Shown one piece after another: positions 40,071-54,187 of a stretch of 64,000 nucleotides of DNA. Each line of letters begins with the position of its first letter. The stretch's first letter is position 1. Source of the DNA: the human T2T-CHM13v2.0 reference genome, Homo sapiens. The notes below the pieces were generated by a model. It ran no database searches, was not told the origin of the DNA, and worked only from the letters and a program-made list of their open reading frames with translations. The translations under genes were made by a program, and so were the position numbers. The stretch lies in assembly GCF_009914755.1 (NCBI RefSeq), contig NC_060925.1. One strand, 5' to 3'.

Positions 40071-40982
40071 TAGCAGTCCCCCTTATCCTTGGTTTCACTT
40101 TCCAAGATTTTGTCAACCATGGCCCAAAAATGTTACATCACTACTCTTGCATTTGGGGGGTATTATTACATAAAATGATAGTTATATGAACACAAGCACT
40201 GTCACACTGCAACAGTCTGACAACCCAGACAGCAACTGGCTAATGGCAATCTGGGCAGGGACAGAGCAGACTGTGCTCCTCAGAATGGTGCACAATTTAA
40301 AACTTATGAATCGTTTATTTCTGGAATTTGCTATTTATGTCACAATACTTATGTCATTCACCTCACTTCATCTCATCATGTAGGTATTTTATCATCTCAC
40401 ATCACAAGAAGGAGAAGGGTGAGTTCAGTACACTAAGATGCTTTGAGAGGGAGACCATACATAACTTTTATTACAGTACACTCTTAAAATTGTTTTATTT
40501 TATTATTATTATTTTTTGAGACAGAGCTTCTTGTCTCCCAACCAGGACTATAATGGCACAATCTCAGTTCACTGCAACCTCCGCCTCCAGGTTTCAAGTG
40601 ATTCTTCTGCCTCAGCCTCCCGAGTAGCTGGGATTACAGGTGCCCGCCACCACGCCTGGCTAATTTTTGTATTTTTAGTAGAGGTAGGGTTTTGCTGTGT
40701 TGGCCAGGCTGGTCTCGAACTCCTGACCCCAGGTGATCTGCCCACCTCGGCCTCCCAAAGTGCTGGGATTACAGGCATGAGCCATGGCGCCCAGCCTGTT
40801 CTATTTTATTATTATTGTTGTTAATATCTTACTGTGCCTAATTTATAAGTGAAACTTTATCATAGGTATGTATGTATAGGAAAAAACATAGTGCATTTAG
40901 AGTTCAATACTAAGGTTTCAGGCATCCACTGAGTGTCTTGGAACACATCCACCAGGCATAAGGGGGTGGGGGTGACTACTAT
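40071..40982. mobile_element. MER44-like TcMar-Tigger DNA transposon with a nested Alu
   Basis: TIR-like ends AGTCCCCCCTTATCC ... ATAAGGGGG..GACTACTATA; internal CAATTTAAAACTTATGAAT.GTTTATTTCTGGAATTT. Confidence 0.7.
40500..40796 (-). mobile_element. Alu (S-type)
   Basis: Complete antisense Alu arms. Confidence 0.95.
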
Positions 40983-41170
40983 ACTTAGGTAAGATTTATT
41001 TGGAGAGTGCTTAATAAAAATTATGAATTTCTTGCATACCTATTTTGTGTCAGGTCCTGAGAAAGATAATCAGGAATTGGTGTCAATCTGCCATCTTTTC
41101 TTTATTCACCCTGATCCTGCTTCAGATGTTGTCTCCATCCTTAACTGACTTGTGTTTTGTTTATTCTTGA

Positions 41171-41716
41171 TGTATTAGTTTGCTAGGGCTGCCATAACAG
41201 ACTGAATGGCTTAAACAACAGAAAGTTGTCAAGCATGATGGCTTGCACCTATAAGCCCAGCTACTGGTGGTGGGGAGAGGATCACTTGAGCCCAGGAGTT
41301 CAAGACTGCAGTGAGCTATGATCGTGCCACTGCATTCAGACAACAGAGTAAGACCTTGTTTCTAAAAAAACAAAAACAAAAACCCTCCAGAAATTTGTCT
41401 TACAGTTCGGAAGGCTAGAAGTCTGAGATCAAGGTATTGTCAGGGCCCTATTCCCTCTGAAGGCTCTAGGCCACTCTCCTAACTTCTGGTAGTTCCTTGG
41501 CTTGTCAACGTAACTCCAGTTTTCACATGTTCTCCCTGTCTGGGTATCTGTTGTTCAGATTTCCCCTTTTTCTGTGGACACCAGGGTTAATTGAATTAGG
41601 GGCCCACCCTACTCCAGTATGACATCATTTTAACTAAACCTGCAACTACTGTGTTTCCAAATAAGGTCATATTTTGAGATACTGGGGGTTAGGACTTTAA
41701 CATACAAATGTTGAGG
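41171..41716 (-). mobile_element. MLT1-family MaLR LTR with a nested partial Alu (about 41228-41382)
   Basis: TGTATTAGTTTGCTAGGGCTGCCATAACA...GGCTAGAAGTCTGAGATCAAGGT...CCAAATAAGGTCA. Confidence 0.75.
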
Positions 41717-41821
41717 GAACACAGCTCAACTCATAAAACCTTAGTTCATTTTTTAAGTGTGGTCCACTGAACACATTCTTTGGAATCACCTGTGTATTCT
41801 TCCTAGAAATGCAGGTCCTTA

Positions 41822-43150
41822 TGTGTCCACAATTGGGGGGTTCTTGGTCTCACTGACTTCAAGAATGAAGCCATGGACCCTAGCGGTGAGTGTTACAGTT
41901 CTTAAAGGCAGCGTGTCCGGAGTTTGTTCCTTCTGACGTTCAGACTTGTTCGGAGTTTCTTCCTTCTGGTGCATTCATGGTCTCATTGGCTTCAGGAGTG
42001 AAGCTGCAGACCTTCGCGGTGAGTGTTACAGCTCTTAAAGGCAGTGTGGACCCAAAGAGTGAGCAGCAGCAAGATTTATTACAATGAGTGAAAGAACAAA
42101 ACCTCCACAGGATCAAAGGGGACCCCAGCGGGTTGCCACTGCTGGCTGGGCAGCCTGCTTTTATTCTCTTGTCTGGCCCCACCCACATCCTGCTGATTGG
42201 TCCATTTTACAGAGAGCCGATTGGTCCATTTTACAAAGAGCTGATTGGTCCGTTTTGACAGGATGCTGATTGGTGCGTTTACAATCCCTGATCTAGACAC
42301 AAAAGTTCTCCACGTCACCACTAGATTAGCTAGATACAGAGTGTCCACACAAAGGTTCTCCAAGTCCCCACCAGAGTAGCCAGATACAGAGTGTCCATTG
42401 GTGCATTCACAAACCCTGAGCTAGACACAGGGTACTGATTGGTGTATTTACAAACCTTGAGCTAGATACAGAGTGCCCATTGGTGTATTTACAATCCCTT
42501 GGCTAGACATAAAGGTTCTCTAAGTCCCCACCAGACTCAGGAGCCCAGCTGGCTTCACCCAGTGGATCCTGCACAGGGGCACAGGTGGAGCTGCTTGTCA
42601 GTCCCACCCCGTTCACCCGCACTCCTCAGCCCTTGGGTGGTCGATGGGACTGGGCGCCGTGGAGCAGGGGGCGGCGCTCGTGGGGGAGGCTCGGGCTGCT
42701 CAGGAGCCCACGGTTGGGCGGCGGAGGCTCAGGCATGGCGGGCTGCAGTTCCCGAGCCCTGCCCCGCGGGGATGCAGCTAAGGCCCAGCGAGAAGTCGAG
42801 CACAGCAGCTGCTGGCCCAGGTGCTAAGCCCCTCACTGCCCAGGGCCGGCAGGGATGGCGGGGCGGCTGGCTGCTCTGAGTGCGGGACACGCCGAACCCA
42901 TGCCCACCCGGAACTCGCGCTGGCCCTCAAGCGCCATGGGCAGCCCTGGTTCCCACCCGCGTCTCTCCCTCCACACCTCCCCGCAAGCTGAGGGAGCTGG
43001 CTCTGGCCTTGGCCAGCCCAGAAAGAGGCTCCCACAGTGCAACCGCGGGCTGAAGGGCTCCTCAAGTGCCGCCAAAGTGGGAGCCCAGGCAGAGGAGGCA
43101 CTGAGAGCGAGCGAGGGCTGTGAGGACTGCCAGCATGCTGTCACCTCTCA
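41822..43150 (-). mobile_element. Solo LTR12C (ERV9/HERV9 LTR)
   Basis: Minus strand begins TGAGAGGTGACAGCATGCTGGCAGTCCTCACAGCCCTCGCTCGCTCTC and ends GAGACCAAGAACCCCCCAATTGTGGACACA; tandem CCAAT repeats; 4-bp TSD CTTA at 41818-41821 and 43151-43154. Confidence 0.93.
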
Positions 43151-43169
43151 CTTAGGCTTTACCCTAGAC

Positions 43170-43370
43170 TAATGATTTTCAAAGGAAGAGAGTGGTTTTC
43201 CCCTGGGGAATATTTGGCAATCCCTGGAAACATGACTGGGGGAGACGTACTACAGGTATCTAGTGGACCTGGAATGCTGTTGAACATCCTACAAAGCACA
43301 GGACACTGTCCCACAGCAAAAAATGATTCCACCTGAAATGTCAGTCGTGCCAAGATTGAGAAACCCTGTC
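43170..43370. mobile_element. MER20 hAT DNA transposon, within a MER5-like relic (about 41750-43480)
   Basis: ATTTGGCAAT..CTGGAAAC...GATGCTG-like...CATCCTACAAAGCACAGGACA...GCCAAGATTGAGAAACCCTG. Confidence 0.7.
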
Positions 43371-45175
43371 CTAAAATTGGTAAGTCTAGTCTCTAGGAAA
43401 GTGGCCTGGAAACCTACATTCTGACAAACACCATAGCATCTTGTACCTCTACTAAAGCCTGAAAACCACTGCAAACGCAAAAGCATTTTCTAGGCGTATG
43501 AACATGCTCCATTTCTCCTCGGATATTAGTTATCTCTCTTATTTATTAACCATGCTAATTATGATAAGCTGATTTTATTCAATACTGCTACTTAGCAATT
43601 CAGTTTACCAGTCATAGTCTTAATTTAAGTTGGAATCTTATTTACATTTTAAAACTTCTGTGCCACATTACATTATTTTTGATCAACTGTCTGCATTTTC
43701 TGGGTGTCATTTGCCTAATGAAAAGCTGTTGCCAATTTGTGACTTGGCAAAAAAGCAATGCTTTGCCTGCCTCCTCCAGTCTGCTAGCTTCTCCTGTACT
43801 CTAAGTGACTGACTCTTCTGTCGTATATTTCTTTCATCCCTTGCAGTCAGTGCTACTGTTCTCAATTTCTTTCTCTTCTTTCCTTTTGGCACTTGAAAAT
43901 ATTGTTCGGGTATATTAATGGTGTCTTAAGAGCCAAAACAAGAAAATGGTAGTGTCATAAAAGTCACAAGAAGCCTAGGGAAAAATCTTGAAACGCCCAT
44001 ACTTACTTCCACTAAAGTAGGTCATTGGAAATTGTGTTACAATGTATAATAAATTGAGAACTTGATGCCTCTGTAAAAAAAAAAAAAAAAAAGGCTTTTA
44101 AAATTAGTATTCCCTTTCAGAGAAAATCTTCCATTTTCCAGATAAGGCTTCCATAAATACCTCATCAGAATAAGGCAAACTGTGATTATTACAAAAAAAA
44201 ATAAAATTCAAGGATTTGGGCAAGGTGGTGCCTGCCTGTGTAACCCCAGCTACTAGGGATGCTGAGGCAGGAGGATCTCTTGAGCCCAGGAATTCAAGAC
44301 CAGCCTGGGCAACATAGTGAGTGAGACCCCCTTTCTAAAAAATAAAAAATCCAAGGGTTATAATTCTCCAAATACATGCCTCAGAATACTTCGGTCTTGA
44401 ATTATTCCTGTCGGCTATTACATTATCCAAGCAAACTTTTACTAATAACTTTTTGCTAGTTTTCTAAAGTAATTACTGTTAAAGTTTTTGAGAACAATTC
44501 TAGCCTCCTCATCCAACAACCAGGATTCCCTAATAGTTGCTCTTTCTTTCAACAGTTTCTTAGGAATTAAAACTTCTTATGTCATTCAAGCATGTATCCT
44601 GTAACACTGTATAACCTTCAAGCCTGCTCCATCTTTGGAAATGTCATATTCAGCTGTGAACTCTGATGTATAGCCTAGGCTTCAATCAAAAAACCTTATT
44701 TTTTAATCAACTTGATTGCTGAGAATGAGCAAGGCATGGAATAAGCAGCCTTTATACTAAGCTGAGTTTTTAATGTAATCACTAAATTAAATGTATAAAC
44801 AAAAGTGTGGTAACATATAGCACAATCTATACAATTCAGAAAGAGATCTTTTGTTGTGATCGCATTCAAAACTGGATACCTGGTGAATGAAAGTTACCCA
44901 ATATAATTCAGTTGGACTCTTCAGGAAGTAGTGCTGCAGGAAATAAAAACAAAAAGAATAATAATTCAATTGGACTAGCTAGCCAACTGTTGCCTGTGTA
45001 AACTGATCACTCAACATGAAGTCAAGAGACTACTTCAATGAAAAAAACCAGAAAGAACAGAGCTGTTGGGTTGTAAACATGAGTTCTCCTTTCTTGTATT
45101 CTTATTGTCTAAAGATGAGCAGAGTAAAGTACAAGGAGAAAATGATGTTTTGCAAGAGTTGAGTGAACTGGACTT

Positions 45176-45433
45176 TCTTTTTTTTTTTTTTTGAGACAGG
45201 GTCTCATTCCAGTCACCTAGGCTAGAGTGCAGTGGCACAATCACAGTTCACTGCAGCCTTGACTTCCCTGTAGCTGGGACTACAGGCGCGTGCCACCATC
45301 CCCTGCTAAGTTTTGTATTTTTTCTAGAGACAGGGTTCTGCCATGTTGCCCTTGAACTCCTGAGCTCAAGCAATCTACACACCTTGGCCTGTCAAAGTGC
45401 CTGGATTATAGGCGTGAGCCAGGGCACCCGGCC
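45176..45433 (-). mobile_element. Alu (J-type, internally deleted)
   Basis: Antisense Alu with duplicated GACTTTCT flanks. Confidence 0.9.
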
Positions 45434-45917
45434 TGAATTAGACTTTCTAACTATGAAAGAAAGTCACAAAGCTGTTAGCTAGAGGTTCCTGCCCCTTGAA
45501 AATAATTCCTCCCTGCTGTACTACTCCAAAATCGGTGCCATTGGGGAACGAATTATTGAATGAAATGTTTTCTTTCTCAACCATCTCCAATATCTTACTA
45601 AAAAGAAAAATGTGAAAGGAAAACTATTGTGGCAAGATATTCTACCAACAGGCCTTATTGGGTCACTATGCCTGAGTCACCCTTGTCCCACAATAGCACT
45701 TCTCTGTTCTCAATACCTTGCTCCTGTCCTTTTAGACCCAGTTAGTACCTTTTCATTTCCAAGAAGTGGGCTGGTATAATTGAAAGAATGCTAGACTTGA
45801 GGCCTAGTCTCAAATCTTGGCTCTGTTACTCAACTACCTAAGTCAGATCTCTTGTCTTCTTGGTGATTGTTTTCTAATATTTAAAATGGGAGCAATAAAA
45901 CTTATCTCACAGAAATA

Positions 45918-45978
45918 AAGTTGGTGCAAATGTTTACTTCTAATGGCCAAAACTGCAATTACTTTTGCACCAACCTAT
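45918..45978. mobile_element. MADE1 mariner MITE
   Basis: GTTGGTGCAAA...AAAACTGCAATTACTTTTGCACCAACCTA, with inverted ends. Confidence 0.8.
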
Positions 45979-46165
45979 ATATGTACTTGACATATAGTGT
46001 TATGAGTATTTGTTTACTTATTTATTTTAAGGCTTCCTCCAATTACTCCAGCATATATAGCTTTTCTTCCAAATCTACGAACCCTGACATATCATTAGTA
46101 ACATTTATTTGATACTTAATCCAACGCAGGGTACTTTTATACTTACAAATTTAAGAATTAAGTGA

Positions 46166-46448
<283 letters not shown>

Positions 46449-46731
46449 AGAATTAAGTGATTACGATCTTTGAGTACATGGAAGCAGTCCAGACTCCTAA
46501 GTGGGCTGTGCCTCTGACCTCAGAAGTGTTGAATGAATTCATGTCCTAATCATCTGTGCCTCTTGTAGCTCTCTCTGTTAATAGGAAACTACTGTGGGAA
46601 TGGAAAGGGAAACGTATTTTGCTTTGTGGTCTGTGGGGATAAAGACCATGGTTCATTTTGCATCTAGCTGTAATTTCTATCCCAGTGTTTTTGCACATAA
46701 TTTTTGTCTTCTAAAAAAATAGATGAATTGA

Positions 46732-47052
<321 letters not shown>

Positions 47053-49122
47053 TAGAAGTGATTTTCTTTATGTCAATTGAATAGGAAATTTCCTTTTCTG
47101 CAAAGAACTAATATTTTCTTTGCTTTTAAGAGGATCCTGTAAATTTTAAAATGCTTTCTTCAAGAACTTATAGTGTCTTAAATGATTTAAGATCTACTGA
47201 ATCATACAACTTTTATTAGTTTTACTCTATCTGGAATGAATTTATGGATGTCCAATTTGCATGTTAAATATAAATGAAAGAGAAATATCTTTTAGTTTAT
47301 ATACATTTTTTAAAGGTACCAGATTGTCTACTGGGAAATTGGCTTCATTAATTGACCACATTGTCACTACTGTATATAGAAATTTCTAGATAATCTCTTA
47401 TTGGTCTCACCAAGTTTAAAGCATGATGCCCCCTCACCCAATGGAATAGTAATGTAGACATGCCTTAGGGTCTATATCAGAAAAGCCAGTTACATATAGG
47501 TTAAGAAAATCTTCAAAGATATCAAAGAACCATGGTCATTTCTTTGCCATACTATACCACTTTATACTTAAAGTGGTATAAAGAATGAAATTCAAGTTAT
47601 TGAAAGGTTAGGCAAGTCAGAATGAATTGAAAGCTTTTTAGAATATTTGTTTTACAAACAAAAGGGTATAGTGCTTCCTATGTTACTTCCAAATGAGCTG
47701 ATAGGCTTAGAAAAAGTGTCTTGAATTCAAGTTACCATTTTAGACCATGAGGTGACACACCAAGGATGATCCGAGAAGTGCCATAGAACAAATCTAGCTC
47801 CCAGTGACCTTTAAGCTGCCATACATGCTCTGGACTCCCAAACTCTAGACTTCCTCTATGTGAAAAGGAAACAAACTTTGATTTGTTTAAGTCAAAAATG
47901 GAAATGGAAATAGCCAATTTAGTGATCTCTGTCACTTTTTAAAAGTATCCTTTTTGTATCCTATTCTTTCTGTTCAATTTATTTCATTTTATAATACAGT
48001 AGCTGTTTGTATTTCCTTGAGTCCACACCGTGCATTTGAAACTAGCAAATTGCAAACATAGGTTCAGTGCTAAAGACTGGTTACTCATTCTATCAAGTTT
48101 GCAGTAAGTTGTTTGTAGGTGACTCTGATTAAAAGTCAAGACCACATGCAAAGTCTACAATCTCAAATTTTGAACTTTGCAATTTAGAAGGTTAAGCCCT
48201 ACCCCACCTCTCTCTTATCTGACCGTTAATCTAGTGCCACATCATTTTTACTCTCCCAAATGGCATATTGGCCTACTTGATGGGCTATAGCAAATATTTA
48301 CTGAGTGTCTGTTTTGTGTAAAGCATTGTGCTGAATACCGTGAAGTTTACAGATGTGTTGTGAAGTTTTGGATTTTTTAGAAAGTAACCAGTTTATTGAA
48401 TAGGGTAGAATCTGTGGGGTACAAATGGGGAGTGGGTTTATTTTTTTCTGATCTTCAAACATTCGCTGATAACTCTTTCATTCTTGCCTTTTAGATAAAC
48501 CTTAAGATCCCAAAAACTTTTAGTCCTTTTGGATATTTAAGGTTTATTTTCAGATAGTAAAAGTAAAACAAATACAGTTAGGTCTAAATCAAGACTTTAA
48601 TCTCACATCTAATTCAAAGTTTTCCCTGGCTTCCCTTACTTCCCAAGGCTCAGGAACCCACAGTGGGCATGGGGAGTGTGATCTTTTTCTGACTTTTACT
48701 TTACTCTTTACCACATGGTAGTAAATGGCAACTCCATTTTAATCTGTCTTCTTAATTCCTGCCACTTTCTTTGCTGCTCATTTCTTTCCAGTTCCAGTGT
48801 CTTTCTTTCCATCCCAGAATATATTAACCATTTTCCAAGAACCTTTGGATTTACTCTTCTTTCTGCTTAAAGCTTTTCCCTCCAGCTAGCGTGGCTTGCT
48901 CCCTCACTTTTAAGCCTCTGCTCAAATGTCACTTTATCAGCAAGCCCTTCCCTAACTACCCCGTCTCAGGTGGCACATGCCCACAACCATCATTTCCTTA
49001 TTCTGCTTTATTTTTCTCATCTCACCATCTGATACATTATACTTCTGTTGGGAAGCTAGGTGTCTGTTTCACCTTCTGCAGGTGCCTTCCGTCTTTATGA
49101 GGGAGGTTGGGAGATAACACAC

Positions 49123-49495
49123 TGTATTAGTCTGTTTTCATATAGCCATAAAGAACTGCCCAAGTCTGGGTAATTTATAAAGGAAAGAGGTTTCATTGAC
49201 TCATGGTTCAGCATGGCTCGGGAGGCCTCAGGAAGCTTTCGATCATGGGAGAAGGTGAAGAAGAAGCAAGGCACTTTCTTCACAAGGTGGCAGGAAGGAG
49301 AAGTGTCGAGTGAATCAGGAAGAGCCCCTTACGAAACCATCAGATCTTGTGAGAACTCACTATCACAAGAACAGCATGGGGGAAACCGCCCCCATGATTC
49401 TGTTGCCCCAACCTAGTCTCTCCCTTGACATGTGGGGATTATGGGAATTACAAGTCAAGATGAGATTTGGGTGGGGACAAAAAGCCTAACCATAT
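49123..49495 (-). mobile_element. MaLR LTR (THE1/MST family)
   Basis: TGTATTAGTCTGTTTTCA...GATGAGATTTGGGTGGGGACA...AACCATATC. Confidence 0.85.
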
Positions 49496-49924
49496 CTCCC
49501 TTCTCCCCTCTATGAGAAGGGGTGAAAAAAGGCCAACACATTCTTTACTCTTTTGAATTCCTGTTCTCATTGACTTTGGCATATAGAATCTGGAGGTAAG
49601 AGTTTTATAAATACTAGACTGATCTGGCTTTTTATACTAAGTGGCATGGATGTGTCAGACACTTCTCTTTAAAATATGGGGATAGTTGTCTCTTATTTTC
49701 AGCTTTGAGACTTAGGCTAAAATATAAACAAAACAAAACTTCATACAGCATGCTGTTAAATAAGAACCTTCTCACAAATAAAGCTAGCATGCTTTAATTG
49801 TCACAAAGAGAACACTTGAATTTGAGATAACCATGATGATGTGACAGATGGCTCCATGAATTCAGGATGTCTAATTTTTAAGAACTAGGATCTGAGGTAT
49901 TTACACATCTGAAAAGCAATATAA

Positions 49925-50335
49925 AATTTGTTATGCAGTTACCATGGTGGAAATTTATTTTTTCTGGCTGTCTAGCATTCACTCCTCCTTCTGGGACTAC
50001 AACCCTTTAGCCACAGTGAATGTTCATTAATGGATATGTGACCAAAATTGATCCAAGTAGAATGAATCCTTGCATATTGACTGGACAGGAATCTGGGAGA
50101 TATATGCCTGGTGTTGCTGGGGCCGTCACTTGGAGAGAAGCTGCCTTTGAGTAAAGAGGAAAGGGGTTGTAAGATGAAGAGAGGCCAAGGCCAAGGTACG
50201 GTGACATTGGGCCTGGATCCAGTCATGAAGTCAATGCTTAGACTTATACTTACATACGTCAATTAACTTCCTTTTTTTTTTTTTTTTAAGCCAGGTGACT
50301 TGGCTTTTCATCACTTGTAACCCAATAGTCCTGGC
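49925..50335. mobile_element. Old MLT1 (J/K-like) LTR
   Basis: GGGCCTGGATCCAGTCATG..., TTTTCATCACTTGTAACCCAA. Confidence 0.5.
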
Positions 50336-50655
50336 TTTTGTAATGCATCCCACTTCTCAACTTAAACCGTTGCCTGTGGTGCATTGTCGTCAGAACTGCT
50401 ATGTTCTTGGCATATTTTCTCAAGATGGATTTATTCCAGTGAGTGCTGATAACTGAAAGAATTTATTAATGTCCCATTCTGGGATCCTCCTGGCTACTGA
50501 GAACAATAAAAAATATAGTTAATTGTTTTGACAAATTCACCAATGTTATGTTTGGATGCATAGTTATGTTTGTGATTCTGAATTTTACTGTTCTATAGAT
50601 GTGGCTAAAGAAATCTTCTTATTCCTTTTACATAGCAATCCAAAATAGCAGGTTT

Positions 50656-50949
50656 GGCTAGGCACAGTGGCTCACACCTGTAATACTAGCACTTTGGGAG
50701 GCTGAGGTTGGTGGATCATTTGAGGTCAGGAGTTTGAGACCAGCCTGACCAACATAGTGAAACCCCGTCTCCACTAAAAATATAAAAAAAATTAGCTGGG
50801 CATGGTGACACATGCCTGTAGTCCCAGCTACTCGGGAGGCAGAGGCAGAAGAATCACTTGAACCCGGGAGATGGAGGTTGGAGTGAGCCAAGATCACGCA
50901 ACTGCACTTCAGCCCGGGCAACAGAACGAGACTCTGTCTCAAAAAAAAA
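50656..50949 (+). mobile_element. Alu (S-type)
   Basis: Full Alu with TSD AGCAGGTTTG. Confidence 0.95.
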
Positions 50950-50960
50950 GCAGGTTTGCA

Positions 50961-51264
50961 TTATTTATTTATTTATTTATTTAGAGACAGGGCCTGGCTC
51001 TGTTACCCAGGCTGGGGTGCAGTGGCAGAATCTTGGCTCACTGCATCCTCTACCACCCGGGCTCAAACCATCTTCCACCTCAGCCTCCTGAGTAGCTGGG
51101 ATCACAGGTGCACACCACCATGCCCAGCTAATTTTTGTATTTTTTTTAGAGATGGGGTTTCAGCATGTTGCCCAGGCTGGTTTCCAACTCATGAACTCAA
51201 GTGATCCACCTGCCTTGGCCTCCCAAACTGCTGGGATTACGTGCCTAAGCCACTGTGCCCAGCC
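50961..51264 (-). mobile_element. Alu (J-type), tail-to-tail with the preceding Alu
   Basis: (TTTA)n tail, then antisense Alu arms; flanking CATTATTT duplicated. Confidence 0.93.
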
Positions 51265-51843
51265 TACATTATTTTTAGTAATCATTTTCACTAGTCTTTA
51301 TAAAGTATGTGACTATCTTTATTAATGTTTTATGTTCTGATATATGTTATATACCTAACTATAAAGGTAATAAAAATGTTTTCTTCTACAGAACCCAAAG
51401 TCCTTCAACATTAAAAAGAATGTGTTCCTCCTAGTGCCTGAAACATAGTTCTCTAATAAAAAGAGTTCTAAAGTAATAGTCCAGTCAAAAGTGGTTTACG
51501 TCTTTGAGAATTCTTAGCAATGCTACTATTGGGAGAATTTTCTGGGAGAAGTCTGAAATTATCACTAATACTGTGACTTTATACATCCACCAAAGTTCTG
51601 ACATTTTTTTTTTGACAGTTGTGCCTTTAGTCACTCTATTTCATTAAAAATATACTTGTTTTAAAGATCCTATAAATGACTATCTGCTTATGTGGGATAT
51701 AGGTCACCTCTCAACGTAGTATTTTTTTTTCAAGCAGTATTTCTTATAGGAGTCTTATTGATCACTAGTAGTTACAAGAATGTCAGATGTGATGACATAT
51801 ACAATCTAAACCAGACAGGCTGATTAAGAATTTACATAATGTC

Positions 51844-52155
<312 letters not shown>

Positions 52156-53439
52156 ACTTACATAATGTAAAAGTATAGTCCATTTCAAAAGTGAGACATG
52201 TGGACAGACACCTGCAGCGAGGAGAGTAGGTGATGGGAATCCCTTTAATGATCAGTTGAGGGTTCATGTACAGTTATGTTGCTTTTCCCTGTTCCATTAA
52301 AGAAAATAACTTTCACTAACAGATACAGGTATTCCATACATATTCAGTAGACAGAGTAAATTATGACCTGCTACATGTATAACCTAAAGTGGTATAACTG
52401 CGATCTTTCTGTGATACTCCCATGAAAATAGTAAATAGCGAACCCCATGTAGGCAGTGGGAAGCACTGGTAGCTTATTCTAGTTTGAGCCTGGAAGATGT
52501 TTAACTCTTGACATTAATATTTGTAAAGAGCATGTTTCCTTTTGCTATGTTTTCCTCACAACTGACCTGCACTTAGAGTGGGGGATTTAAAAAAAAAATT
52601 TTATTTCCATAGTTTTTTGGGGAAACAGATGATATTTGGTTACATGAGTAAGTTTTCAGTGGTGATTTGTGAGATTCTAGTGCACCCATCACCCGAGCAG
52701 TATACATCGAACCCAATTTGTAGTCTTTTATCAGAGTGGGATAATTTTGATAGTTGTTTGACCTAACAGTCATGACTGAACTACTTTTTACTAATACATT
52801 TTAGTCACATACTTAACACAAAATGTGGGTCATCTATAACTGTGCTAAGAGGTAGAAAGGAATGCATCTAAATTTTAATGATTTTAGTTTTCATTTTCTA
52901 TAGTTTCTAATATTATCCTAAAGAATGAAAGAGATACAACTGCTTCTTCATTTACCAAAGCAGGCAGTAGTTTGAGCTCTTAGATTAGAGAAAATACAAA
53001 ACAAGAAATTCCCCTCTTTTTCTGTAGGGCCTTTAAAGAAACTAGACCAAATTTATAAATTATTCAAAGTTCCTATACAGTAGTGGTGTTTTTCTGTGTA
53101 ACTAATTGTCTAAAGAACAAACCAAATAAGAACTTTCTAACACTGCAAGAGCATTGCCTTTTGGTATATTTCTATTAGGAATTAGGAATCTTTAACAGCA
53201 GTTCACAGTCAGTCTCATTTTCTTATATGCCCCCATTTTCCCTGCTTTGTGCCAAGTCTTATGGCAAATGTATTTTGGAGGGGGTTGCTGGACTATTTAT
53301 GCTTAGAGATCTTCTTAAGCAGATTTCTCTAGTTAGGTAAGAATCCTTCTGATAAAACGTGGCAGGTTCTATGAACCTAAAGAGAAGACTCATTGTCTCT
53401 CTGAATGCCTTTAAGTTACTGCTCCAATTGCAAGTGCCT

Positions 53440-54187
<748 letters not shown>

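Noticed and set aside
41890-43172. ORFs and spaced direct repeats resembling a CRISPR-like array (GCTAGA.ACAGAGTG...ATTGGTG)
   Set aside because: These are the internal CCAAT/GATA tandem repeats of LTR12C; the DNA is eukaryotic and has no cas genes or unique spacers
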